This document shows, in pieces, positions 46,853 through 60,043 of a DNA stretch of 64,000 nucleotides. The notes below the pieces were generated by a model. That model had not been told where the DNA came from. It did not search any database and saw nothing but the letters and a program-made list of their open reading frames with translations. Position 1 is the stretch's first letter. Every line of letters starts with the position of its first letter. Made by a program: the position numbers and the translations under genes. Source of the stretch: Marsupella aquatica. Taxonomy: Eukaryota; Plantae; Marchantiophyta. The DNA is taken from contig OZ316891.1 in assembly GCA_973895155.1 (NCBI GenBank), forward strand, positions 16,705,651 through 16,769,650, read 5' to 3'.

Positions 46853-48090
46853 CGAGGTCACGTTTAAAAGTCAGACCAGAGAGGTCAGCAAGAGGTCTCT
46901 ATTTTGGGAAGACTTTCTGTACATTTATTTCTAATTACGACCTAGGGTGGAGCCCTTTCAAATGTGAATTGTTGGCATCAAGAGTTCCTTGTTTTCGATA
47001 TATCTTGAAGTTTCCCTTCGTCTAAGATTGGGATCAGCACAAGGCTCTGCTATGCATGTTGAACGTCTTGATAACAGACTTCTCAGAGTAGACGCCAGGT
47101 GGCAGGCGAATAGTTGAAGACATGTACTTGGCAAGGTTAGTACACCATAAGATTCATCCATTTTTCATGTACTCATACATATTCTTAGGGTTCTTTGGCA
47201 AAGCAATTTTTGAAAGTCACCCACTGTAGTCCTACCATGTTGATTTGGTTGTAAAAATGAAGAAGTTTTGGCCGCTGTATCTAGCATCTTTAGGGACAAC
47301 TCCCCCGACCGTGTCATGTTTGCCCGCCTGAGATACAATTTTTAATCTTGTGTGTTCGACTCATTATCAATGACAATATTCCAAAGATAAGTATTCTCTT
47401 CATTAGCAGTACTCCATCATTCGATGTCTTGGAATTGCTGTTGTCTTTGTTGTTTCACCTCAGACTCTATAACTACAGATTGGACTTATAATCTGAGTTT
47501 AGACTGTGCTTACAGACGTTCAGATGAGGTCTCATCTGAAAGTGATTTTCCAATCTGCGTTATTTTGTAGAGAACTTCACACGCAGTCCTGTAGTGACAT
47601 TAGTAGGCTAAGGATATGACAGGGTTCACGCGGAGATGACGTTCGTTGGTTGCATTTCTGTGCACGGAATGTGATGTCAGCTAGTTGATTTTTTTCTAGG
47701 GTTTGCGAAAGCTCTTGAAAATTTAATGGTGTCTTGTTTGTGTCCGGGGGGGGGGGGGGGGGGGGTGGCGCGCGCGTTCCTGCTTGATTTAAACATTAAA
47801 AACTATTTCGGAGGATGTTCATTTGTTGAAGAACGTGGTACACGTGCTTTACTTTGTTCTGAGAAAGAAAAATTTGCAGATTCGCTGGTTTCCTGTTTTA
47901 AGGTCTGCCTGAATTAGGCACACATGCTGGATGATTGCAGAGGAGTGCTCCTTGTGTCGTGACATGGCATATTGTTTTTCCAAGATTGTCACCACTGGTT
48001 ATGGTCTGTTTTATTTTTCTCGATTATATCTGTTCAGTCGTTCTTTTGATTTCTATGATTACGGTGATCATCTCCATCTGGATTTGTGTC

Positions 48091-48360
48091 TCCGTGGATT
48101 TGTAGTATGGTGTCTTTGGTTAGATGGGGGTTGGGGACTAGTGTGTAGGGTCGTGTATTGCGGTCAGATGGGAGATGGCATTTCCATCATCATTTTCCAA
48201 TGATGATAAATCTTTTCTGGCATTTCCATCATCGTCCCGTGGATTTGTAGTGTGGTGTCTTTCGCTAGATGGGGGTTGGGGGCTAGTGTGTAGGGTCGTG
48301 TATTGCGGTCAGAATGATGATGGTAAATGTTTTCTGGCATTTCCATCATCGTCCCCCAAT
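48091..48360. repeat. Direct tandem duplication, ~145-bp period
   Basis: ccgtggatttgtagt...ctagtgtgtagggtcgtgtattgcggtcaga at ~48091 and ~48236. Confidence 0.85.
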
Positions 48361-48702
48361 GATAATAATTGTTTTCAAACAGCAATTTTGTTGCATGAAT
48401 AACAATGATCTTCTTGGTACAAGTCTCATACAAAGTCATCTTGGATGACCACCATATCAAAGTCAAAGTTGCCTGACCTAGGCAAGTTCCTGATGAGATC
48501 CACTGCTTTGCTCTCCCATGGGCCATGAGGGGCCTCAAAAGGTCGCAAAAGCCCTTGAGATGCATGATAATGTGAGCTATTCTTCTGGCAAAGTAGCATT
48601 TCTTGGCATAGTCAATAGTTTACTTCTTCATGCCTGGCCTATGGCACTGCCTATTCAACAAAGCATCTTCTTATAAAGGCAGATGAAGTCTCTTTTTAAG
48701 AG

Positions 48703-48935
48703 CCTAGGTCTAGAGTGAAACCTCTAGACCTATGGCCATCATGTGTGGAAAACAGAGGTCTAGAGTCAAGCCTCTAGACAGGAACTCTATAAAGATCCTA
48801 GGTCCAGAGTGCAACCTCTAGACAGGAACACTATGGCCATCATGTGCATGGAAAAAAGAGCCTAGGTGTAAAGTGAAATTTCTAGATTGTAACTCTAAAA
48901 GAACCTAGGTCTAGAGTGAAGTCTCTAGACTCTAA
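48703..48935. repeat. Array of about five hairpin units GTCTAGAG-N6-CTCTAGAC
   Basis: Units near 48708, 48758, 48802, 48866 (degenerate) and 48909. Confidence 0.8.
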
Positions 48936-49429
48936 CTCTATGGCCATGTGTGCATGGCCATATACATGACTATGATGTATGTCAACTGGTATATGTAAAT
49001 TTTTGGTGATAAGTTATAAGTATTTACATTCAAAAAATGGGCACTATGGCCCCACCACAACATATGTGCATAGAAAGAAAGAAGGATGTGCATACAAAGA
49101 CAGACTTGCATTCAAAAACATATGGTATATTATATATGATTATTAAAATGATGAGTTTTTTTCAATTCATTAACATTCAAATAATATGAATAGAGAATAT
49201 ATTTTGATAACATTTCATTCTCCTCTTTGCTATTCATAGAGTAAATATAGATTTTTGACTGGGCTGGTCGTCCTGATGAAAAACAACCCCACTGGCAATA
49301 TCCAATGCATCAATCCAAATTTTATAATGCTTGCTCGCAACTTTGATACCAGGGACACATGATTCATTTGCCTACTTCAATTCTTGGAATGCACCCTTGC
49401 ATTTCTTGATCCAATGGAACACCTTGTCT

Positions 49430-49980
49430 TTGACATATACAAGGGACACATGATCTTCCCAAAGCTCTTGATGTATGGTAGAAGGATACAAAGCCAACAA
49501 CCCAGGGCTGCAGTGAGATTGGTCAACGTCCCCCATTCTTGAATGGCCTTCCCCTTCTTAAAACTCAGGGTCATCCTTTCCTGTGATCATGTGACCTGCA
49601 AACTCAACTTGCTAGGCATTAAACTTGTAACCACTAGGTTTTGCATAAAGCACACTGTCCCTCAACCTCTTGAGCACCTCTTGTAAAAGGCGGTTGTGTT
49701 TGTTGAAAGTCTTCCCATAAACCAAGATATTGTTCAAAATGATCACCACCCCTTGATCCAATAGATCATGGAAACACACTGTTCAAAACATCATGAACAT
49801 AGTGGGAGCATTGGATAAGATGAAAGGCATCACCAAAAACTCATAGGACCCAAACCAAGACCTAATAGCCATCAAAACTTATGGCCTTCAACCACCCAAA
49901 CTTGGTAATAAGTTGTCCTGAGATCCAACTTAAAGAAGTACTTGGTTCCCACCAGGCATTACACAAATCATCTTAATAGT
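49430..49980 (-). pseudogene. Degenerate Ty3/Gypsy RT fragment
   Basis: Minus strand YFFKLDL...GSYEFLVMPF.LSNAP.MF...VVIILNNILVY...EVLKRLR. Confidence 0.75.
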
Positions 49981-50339
49981 CTATTTGTTAAGTGTGATAT
50001 AATAGTGTTGTTTTAAGTTATAGAAATAAGCAATTTTTTGCAATGTTTTTGGTTGGTTTAGAGGGACTTTAAGCTTAAATTATAGTAGTAGGATAAAGAA
50101 GCCAGTTTAGTAAGGGCGTTGCCTACACTTACTAAGGGCGCCTTGAGTAAATTAACCCTAACTTTCTTGCCATTAAGATCAAATGTGTTCAAGAAGCTCT
50201 ATTCAACCAGATAAAGAGTTTCTGAGAATCTATTAGAAGAATCAAGTTGCCGCTCTTTTGTTTGTGCATTTCAGGAGGGTGTTAACTTAATACACAGCTT
50301 ATTGCTTGCATAGAATCCCACTTATTCTATACTTGTTAA

Positions 50340-50830
50340 CGAGGAGTAACAAAATCTACCCAATGTTGAGCAGTGAATGGGTTTCCCCAACTGTGATCAG
50401 TCCCAAGAAACCAGGTCCAGATAGAAAGAATAAGATCTGAGTTTGCCAAGATTTGGGGAAGTTGAATGCAGCCTCTATGAAGGATCACTACCCTCTTCCC
50501 TTCATTGACATGGTGCTTGACCTTGTTGCCCTCTGTGAATTGTACAGTTTTCTGCATGACTACTTTAGTTATAAGCAGGTTTCCATTCAAAGGAGGATAG
50601 AGACAAGGTCGCGTTTACCACAAATTGGTACTTATGCATGATGTTGTTTGGGTTATGCAATGCTCCATGTACCTTCCAACATATAATAATGATTATATTC
50701 CAAGAATACTTCAGGCATTTCATTGACAAGTTCTGTGTTTACAGCTTGGCTGCTGACCATTTAATGCACCTTGAGAGAAAACTTTATAGAATGCGGGAAG
50801 GCATTATCTTTGGACAAGTTAGTTTGCAGA
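50340..50830 (+). pseudogene. Degenerate Ty3/Gypsy RT fragment
   Basis: EWVSPTVISPKK; KLNAASMKDHYPLPFID; MLFGLCNAPCTFQ. Confidence 0.8.
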
Positions 50831-51039
50831 GAGATGACATGTTGATCCTGGCTGAGAATACTCTCCTTCCAACCTATACCCCCCAGGGGGGGCCGAGATG
50901 TGTGGGCCTAAACTAAGCGGATCTTATCCTAATGTAATCCAAGGTTAACTAACCCTAGTAAGGCCAAACTAACTAAGTCAAGAACTTGAGTCAATTTCTA
51001 ATATCATCCTCTTTGGGTATTGACCACAGGTAAGCGGAC

Positions 51040-52030
51040 CGAGTTCCTCAATTGTATAGGGTCAATGAGGTTTCCTACCGGCTAAGGGGCCAATCTAGGC
51101 AAGGCATTTGGGGGACCACATTGTCCATGCTGGCCAGCTTTCTTGAAGACCCATGATTACCATTGTCTACTACAACATATCATTCTAGTTGCCATCATTG
51201 GATTGGGCAATGAGGATCTTTGTGATGCCCTATGGTCATTAGGTAAGCTCTTGAGGTGGGTGTGTCAAAAAGAGGTGAATGAGGATGAGATTGCAGCCAT
51301 AGACCTGTTTGGAGTGGAGGTACTGTGCAAGTTGGAGAGGGCACTCGCTCCTTTCATTCTTTGACAGTCAAGTTCACTTCCTCCTCCACCTAGTGAACGA
51401 GGTTGGAATTGCACGATTGGGACATTATTGTTGGATGTATAATTGGATAGTGTGGTATATGGGAGTGATGAAGTCATATGCGTCAAATTGTGCGAGAGTG
51501 GAAGGTAGCATATATTGCTGAGCATCATCTTGAAGCAGAGATCATATTTTATTGTACAAACATTGTAGCTACACTTGATCCCAGTGCTCCAAGGGGCTGG
51601 ATAGACGAGACATCAAGGGAAGCAGACTTTGAGAATGACCGTCTCATAGGGGTTTGGGGAGAACAACTTTTGGGCTTAGCTGAATGCCTTCAACTCACTA
51701 CATTTATGTCGTATAACTTGCCTGAGATTTGGGAGATTGGACAACTTTTTATGAGGAGGAAAAGACAAATAGTCATCGACCACACATCTTCCCCAAGTTT
51801 GTCCCATATATGAGGGAAAAGTGACAGAGATCAATGCCTTGTTGGAGCAAGGGGAGAGTGTACCAGACTTTCCTTTGGTTACAGACAACCTTCACACCTT
51901 GGTTCATGGACCATTACTCACATTGACAAATTGGACAGGAAGGCCATGTGATCAAAGGGAAGACATTTTTGTGTGCAATGGCTTGATTAGAAGAGGGCAG
52001 CTACATAGGAGTGTGGGGTCATGGGTTGGT
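51040..52030 (+). pseudogene. Degenerate CACTA transposase fragment (DUF4218-like region)
   Basis: LKTHDYHCLLQH; FDSQVHFLLHLVNEV...WMY...VMKSY...ARVEGSI. Confidence 0.8.
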
Positions 52031-54699
52031 TCATCCAAGACTTGAGGGGGGTCACTTCCATGGAAGTGGCACATCACATGCGATGAAGTATAGGCCCATT
52101 TAAATGGATGTGGCGGAAGACTTCCAAAGTTTTGTAAAAAAACATTTAGGGTTTTTTTTGTAAAAAATGGCAAAATATAAAGAAAGAAAGGGTTTTGCCA
52201 AAAAAAAACAATATCACTTATAAGTTAGTGGGGTCAAACCCTAAAACATTGCACACAATGTAATGGATGATTGTCGGAAACATATACAGTCACATGCCCT
52301 ACAACCACAACCCTTGTACAATTCAATCTACATCGGACCCTCATAAAAGTGATTGGATACTTTTCTTATCGGAATGCTCCCGACTCTCAAAGTAACGCAT
52401 TCGAGGACCATTTTTGTTTGCATCGGAGCTCTAATATGTCATATAAAAACAATGGCAAATTGCATTATTTTTAGAATTGGAACTTTGCGATGTTATTAGT
52501 ATTTTATGCTTGACTACACACAATACCGGAGCATTGGAAAAATTCTGACAATGTACTAGTGCGGGGTGGGCCTTGTTGCAGTGTTGAATAAAACTGCCAT
52601 TAGGCCTATTTTTTTTGAAGTCAAGTTAATTGTGCATGAAATAAATCAAGACATCATTCAAAAGTAAAGTACTTCCTCACTCATTCCTTTGTGTAAAAGT
52701 GGGATTGAATGTAGAGTACTGGGCTCAAACGGACTGTTGAGAGTTGTACAGGGTGCAGTCTAAGGGTTACTTGGCCTATCACAATGTCAAGTAGCACGGA
52801 TGAGGCGTCACAAAGCTGAGCCTGAAAGGGGAGGATGCCAACCTTAACTCCCAAGACATAGTTTAGGGCACTCCCATGTAACTCTGCGCCAGCTGCACTG
52901 GCTACCCTAAAATCGTGCCAATTTTTTAGGCCCCTACCTAAGGCACAAGCCCTAAATTTGCACATACAACTCTACCCCCTTCTCCTAAGTGCAATAGGAA
53001 CGACAGTCGCCCCGCAGCTAGCAGCACAAGTACCATGCCCAGGCCTATGTTGCAGAGGATCGTGGCACACACACACACCAGTGAAACCCTTCTGACAAGA
53101 GACGCAGGCTGCCTACCACAACGATCGAAGATACTCTCAACATGGCGCGTGCAGGACAGGTATGTGTAAACAGACCACATTTGCTTATTTCCTACATGAA
53201 TAATTGACGATTTCCACAAGCAGTTATGCAATACCGGCTAGCCTAGTGTTGGTCCATGTCTCCCCGTTACCGCCGCGGCTACAGGTAGCAGAAACATGGG
53301 ACAGGGATTAAATGAAAATGATTTTTGATCCCGCCCCAGGGATGGGGGCTGAACAACGACCCTGGGGTCTGTAATGCAGGTCATCTCTCCTGCATCCCAA
53401 CACTAGTTGATGGTCAACTTCACGCAGCTTGACTGGCTGTTATGTAGTACCGCATAGATGTCCTGGATTCATCCTGGATTACACTAGTCCTCACAATGCT
53501 AACTTCTCAATATATGCCGATTACTAACCGTGGCTTTTACTGTGATCACTCTCACTCGATCACCGACATTCAACAAAAATTGCTTTTTCCCTCAACACTA
53601 TGCATACGACTTTCCACACCCTGCATCTGGCAAGGATTATACCCTTGGCCTATTCCCATCGTTATTCGCCTCTATCAACATAAGCATATCGTCGCAGCCT
53701 TACATGTTGTGCACAGGCCAAACTACACATGCACTTCTAGTAACTAGATGTCTGCTACAATGACAGGTTTTTTTCTCATTCACAATTGTGTCCTGGTTCG
53801 ACTACCAACTTTAACTTTAATTTTAACACTACCTAGCCTACGATATCTTTATGTCTGTTGACCATATCTTTATAAAGATATCTTCATGTCTGTTGACCAC
53901 ATGTGCTGCAACAAGACTTAGATTTGTCCATGACCGCAAACCATGACTAATTCATGATAAAATGTCTATCGATGGTATAACCAGATAATGTGAATGACTC
54001 GGTATGTGGGTATTTAAAGAGACATTATTCGTTACCATGCTCAACGCTGTCCAGACTTTGCTTATGCTAGCTATGATTTAGTCCAGAGTTGACATTGGCC
54101 TTGAATGGGTGTTCTTCTTATGAAATTATCTCTCTTACAATGAGCAAGCATCATCATATAATGCTCACAAAAATCTAACTTAGAAGATTCCAAATAAAAA
54201 AAATATTTTCCTACAAAGTACCCCTGGGCCCTCAGCTTATATAATACAGGTAGGACGTGCGAACGCTTCAAGGGTATTTTAAATTCATCCCGAACTAATT
54301 ATTATAAGATAGTTAGAAGATAATAAGGGTGGGTTTTTTAGCGTCCAATAGGTTTTAAGTAACAAGGTATTTTTGAAACTCCCATTTATTATATTTAGGC
54401 AAGGGGGTAGTAATTTATTGCAACACGTGGCAGTATATGATTGGTCCACATGTCTACTGTTAGTTGGTACTCATTATATTAATGTTTTTCAGGTTTTGGT
54501 CCTGACAACTTTGCTTCAAGGTTAATGGGGGTCCGGGCGGGGGTATTAGAGTGGTGGCAAGAGTGTGAGGCGATGGATGAGATTGACTCTCCGTCATATC
54601 GTGCACCAATCGTGCGGTGACGATAAGGCCAGGGAGAGGGCCGATGTGTTTGAATAGGATTAGGGCGTAGGCTCCTTGTCCCTCTCCCCCCTCCCTGCC

Positions 54700-55760
54700 C
54701 TCCCTGCATCCCTCCTGGCATTCCGTGGAGGGCTCATTCCTTGGTTCATTCCTCACTTGGTCCCCCACTTGCTGCCGATTGAGCTCGCTTCCCGGCTCGC
54801 TTTGACCTTTTCTCGTTGTTTTTGCAATCTTGCTGCAACAGTGATCGCGTTCACCATCCCCGCCGCCATTGCTTGTTTCTGGTCTCTGTCGTTGCTGGAG
54901 CTTTGCACATTGCTGCCATCGCCTTCAGCAGTTGTGCTTGCCGCCTTTGCTATCGCTGGAGCTTTGTTCATTGCCGCCATCGCCATCACGGGCGCCTTCA
55001 GTAGCTGTGCTCACCGCCTCCGCTTCAGCTCGGGCTTCAACTCTATGACCAGGTCTACGACTCACTCGATTGACAGGGCCGAGGATAGGGCTTGTTGTTT
55101 GACGTTCTTTGGTCGTTTGCCATTGCTTGCGCTCACTGTCTCTCGGACCCGATTCCCGAGTGTCTCTGCTTGTCATCTCCGCTCTCGTCTCCGCTGCTGT
55201 GGTGACACTTTTTGTGACTCTTGGCCCAACTCTTGGTGACCATTTTTTTGCTTCAAGGTTTTCTTGGTGCATTCGTAGTTTGGGTTCTTGGTGCTTTCTT
55301 TTGAATGGGCTTTTGAACTTTTAACTCTAAATGCTTTCATTTCTCGCAGTTGTTGTTGCCAAGGCTTAAGCACATACATGTTGCTGACAGTTTAGATAGG
55401 GTTAGGGTTGTGTGCATTGCGATGGCTCTTGGTGCCTCCCTCGTGGCATTCTATGTCGGGCTCATGCCTTGGCTCATTTCGATGATGGTCCCCCGCTTGC
55501 TCTGGGCTTGCTGCGGGGCTTGCTGTCATCCGCGTTCTTCTCTCTTTGTTCCAGGTTCTTTTTGCAATCTTGTTGCAGCGATCGCATCTGCCATCCGTGT
55601 CGCCATTGCTTGTCCATGGTCTCCGCCATTGCTGGAGCTCGGGCTAGAGCCCCACTTGTCGCCACCATCATCTTCAGCAGCTGTGCTTGTTGCCATTGCT
55701 TTATCAAAGCCTCTGGTTGTTGCCATTTGTTGCCTTTAGCAACTATGCTCATTGCCATCG
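54700..55760. repeat. Diverged direct repeat pair (~54700-54990 and ~55430-55760)
   Basis: Shared ttttgcaatcttgYtgca...gatcgc...ccatcc...gccattgcttgt...ggtctc...ttgctggagct and cttcagcagYtgtgcttgY blocks. Confidence 0.7.
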
Positions 55761-58700
55761 TCAGTCTAGTTACTTTGTCCCATGTTTATCAAATTTGATC
55801 CTTCCATTTTGCAATTGTGGTGACAATGCGTGGGGATTTTTGGGTTATTTATTGCTTTCATACATGAAACTAGTGCTGGAAGGCCTACTGGAAGGTGTGG
55901 TGCGTCCCATGGTTCCCTAAACCCAAGACACCCCCTGCACAAGCCAATTCCCGTAGGTTTCGCTCTCGGCGAGGCCGGTTTCGTGGCTTAGCGGCATGGG
56001 ACGCTGCTAACTCTACTAACATTTTACACACATATACTGGACAGATCCTTCATCGGGTCATGAGATACGTAGTCAACTTATTCTATGCCTTCCCTTGTTT
56101 TCCCTTTGTGGTCTTCCTTTAGGTATGTTTGGATTCTGCCGCCGGAATGATCCCCAACTGGCTTGGGTAAGCCGCTAAGACCTCTCTCAGCTCGACACAT
56201 CCAACTCTTACTACCTTGCTTACTCCCTTCTCTTGGTTGATGTGGGCAATCTTCAAACAAGTTAATGCGACACACAAATAGCAAAATGACTCTTTCTGAC
56301 TGAGTTATACCATGCACTTGCCATACAAACAATACTTCTCATACACAAGATCTGCAAACTAAGCCGTGAGGCCAACTCTATTCATCTCTTAGGCATGAGG
56401 AAACATGAATATACACAAGGGTCACAGTATAACTAACCGAGAGCTTCTTTTACTACTTGATCCCAATCCTGTTGGTGCACTAAAAACTTGCTAAGAAAGA
56501 AGGCCTTGAACTCCCCGCAGCCCAGGTACTTATCCTGGCAGTGGATCCGCCTAATTCCTTGCAGCGTAAGCCTAATCTACCTAACTATAATCTACCTATG
56601 TACAGCGAGGCAGGAGCACAAGTGTTGCTCTTACCAGTGGATCCGCAATCCCACTAATCTAAGTGTCAAGGCCGCCTCTTGGTCCTGATCCTAATTCTAA
56701 ACTTGGAGATCTGAGCCCGCCCTGCCCACTCACGCCTCCTTCCTCCACATCCGCCCTCCTTAAAAGGAGCGGCCCTCCACCACCGTCATGGTAGCGGTGG
56801 CTGGTCCTCAATGGACGCCCCCAACGCTTCCTCCGCAGCCACTGCCATAGGTCCGTCCTTTGACAAATTACCTGCCCCGGACCGAGTCAACTCTCCATCC
56901 GCCTGACTGGGCTCACCCTCGGCTTTGGTCTCAGCATCGTCCATGACCTCTAATACGGCTACGGCCTCCCCGACATGCTCTAGTGGTGGATCCGGTACCC
57001 CGGCTTCATCACTGAGTGTCCTGACCTCGGCTCTGCCATCCCTGCCTTCTAGGGTAGTTGGATCCTCTGCCGTGACCCTGCCTGAGGTTGGTGTCGGGTT
57101 TACCTCCTTGATCATGACGGCTTGAGAAGCCGCATTACTCCCTGACCCAAAAGGTTTTCGCTTCTTCTTCTTCCCTGTTTTGGCAGCTGGTCCCTTCCCC
57201 TTGCCACGTATCTCCGGCACTGGTGCGAGTGTTGTGGCTTGACCTTCGGCCAGTACTACTCCTGGAAACTTGATTGCCCCAATTGGAGTTGGACCTGATG
57301 AAGTGTGACGCCGCCGGTATGACGGGTAATGAGTAATTTGGTCTAACCGCGCTTAGCACGCGCGTTAGGGGTATCTTAGGCCATTATTATTAGCATAACG
57401 ACAATATTTAGGTAGCCATTATGAGTAGGAAATCATTAGTCAATAAGGGGAATTCATGTTCGGGCTGGCGGCGTGTTGCCATTCGCACGCTCGGGTTGCG
57501 AGCATGTAATGGGCCCTTTTTCCCCCTCCCTCGGGTCTGTATAACAAACTCCGGGAGGCGGCCACTTACACGAGCTGACCTGGACTGGCGAAGGGGCCGG
57601 TACACTGCAAGCGTGAAAGGCTTGGCCTATAAGCGACGAGGAGGCGTTGGGCGATCGACGAGCTCTCAGGGTATAAAAGGGGGGCCGATCCTTTGTAGTG
57701 CACCAACTCTCCAGTCCACGCGCCAGCTTTGATCCCAGCTCTCTCACTTTTCCTTAGTCACCTGCTATCTCCTTTGAATGTCGCACACGATCCTTTCCAG
57801 TTTGGCCATACCATTCTGGACTCAGTTCCTGTCTATCAGAGGGCACTTGGGCCGACTCGTTGAAACACGCCAACCCGCGCCGATATGAGATCAAACGCAA
57901 ATACGAGAGAGCCATCCGCCTAGCAGGCCGCCACCACTATCTCCTTAACTTTCAGTACCCGTCCTAGAGAGAGCTTTACCGACCCAAAGAGGTATCAGGG
58001 TACTTCTTCGACGGAGGCAAATACATCGGCTTCTGGGAGGCATTGCTTCGGCTTCCGGACGAGGTCTTCAATATTCCGGGCATGATCGACTTGCAGCGGC
58101 ACCACTTCAACCACATCCCCGCTTGGGTCCGGGCTATCATCATTGGCGAGTTCAACACTACCCGGTCGACAGGACCATCTTCACTTGCATTGGAAAACCT
58201 CCACCGGCACCTGCAAAACTTCATGGCAACTCTACCATCAATGACCAGTGCCGGCCAACCCGTGCCCATACCCGCACCTACACCTCCTCAGCCTCAGCCA
58301 AGCCGGTCCCCGCCACCGGTTCCACCACCTCTCCAAGTATGATCTGTGGTGAATGCGGTAAACATCAGCTTCGAAGATGAGGAGGGTCATCCTCCTCTGA
58401 ATTGACGACCGCGGGGTACGAACAACCCAACACCACTCCAGCAAGCCCGAGGGGATAACACGGTAACGCTAGTGGCCCCGACACCAATACTCATGGCAGT
58501 CGTGCTACCACCACCTGACCAAGAGGAAGGAGAGATGTCCCCTTCTTCTAGTCACCCCGGTAATCAGTCTCCGGGTAGGAAGAGGAAGGAGCCCGCAGCC
58601 GTATCCGGGTTGCCTTTGGCCACGATTGCGGTAGCCAAGCTGACCATGCATCGCATGGAAGACAACGTTCACAAGAACATCCTCCACCCCAAGCATGCAT

Positions 58701-60043
58701 GCTATCTGAAGACCCGGGGGTTTGAGCACCTTGCCTCTCTCCCTTGGAACGGAAGCAGGTATTACGGGCAGGATATGACAGAGTTCATTCAGAACTTTGA
58801 CGAGGCCCGCCAATAAACCCGAGCGCATGGGAGAGAGATGTGTCTCGATGAGGCACGTCTGAAGATGATTTCCGGCTTACCCAAGGGGATAAACCGGGTA
58901 GAGTTGCGGGCTCCTGGGGGCAAGGGAGCTAAATACCAATCATCTAGCTTCCCAGCCGAGGGGTAGTGGACAATGGGTTCTTAATGAGGATGTGCCTCAT
59001 CCCGGAGGTAGCAGAATGCCTAGAGTTCCAGCCGTATGCCCTCCACATGATGGAACCCAGAGGAGAAATATCGGCCGCTCAGGTCATCCAAGTGGAGAAC
59101 TATCGGCCCAAGAAGTGGGCTCCTTCTTCGTCAAGAAGTTTCACAAGGAGATGGAGCGGAGAAGGAAGACTTTGTACCTTGGCGGAAGGGCGTACTTTGC
59201 TAGCCATGTCAAAATCATCCTCGAGTGGTATGCTCATTTCGACCACCGGAGCCTCCCGTGTCTCAACGAGCCCGAGCTGACCCCGCCAAAATGGGTGTTC
59301 CCAGCCCAGGTAAGGCGACCGCAGCCCGAGGCCCAAAGTCTGGCAACTGCAAGTCCTGCTACCCCGGCCCCGCAACCCGCCGCTGCCGCCCCGCCATGCA
59401 TACCCATTGACGTTATCACGACCTTAGACGCGATCAATTGGGACAATGCCATCAAAGCCGGGCCGGATGAAGCCGTACCCGAAGCAGATACCACGGTAGC
59501 CGGGGAGATTCCTCCACCCCCCGCGGTTGTGCAGGAGAACCACCCACCTCTAGTGGGACCTGCTCCTTCGATCGACTCACCTCAAGGGCTGGATGTGTCC
59601 ACTCCTACTCCCGCACGGGTTGGAGTCTGCCAGTGCCTGAATCCAGAAGGACACAGTCTAGACCATCCGGAACTCTTTGCATAGGGCACATTTTTGAACG
59701 GGTTGTTGGGATATTTCTTGCAACAGATCTCTCGGGACACCGGGGAATACATGGCCCGGAGGGTGGCCTACTTCTTCAACCAGGAGTTGGTTGCGGCAGT
59801 AAGGGCAGGACATGCGCAGGCAAAGACCGCGCAGAGAATAGAGCGATATCGGGTTGAGTCTGCCTACCTGAAGGACGAAGTGGCAACCCTGGAGGCTGAA
59901 CTCCAACAACTACGGCCTCAGGTAAGGGCCACGGAGGACCAGGTCGCTGAGGCTTGAGCCCAAGCCACCTTAAGTACAGGCCGGGCTCGGAAAGGACGTC
60001 AAGATTGCGCGGCTCCGGACCAAGATTGACGGTTTGCAGGGGC

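Noticed and set aside
47746-47765. 20-nt poly-G as a functional G-quadruplex
   Set aside because: A simple homopolymer of uncertain length with no supporting context.
53250-54450. Possible Helitron or gene remnant
   Set aside because: No convincing protein motif or terminus could be identified by eye.
54460-55920. Several Ala/Cys-rich ORFs on both strands
   Set aside because: They arise from low-complexity diverged repeats, with no coding signature.
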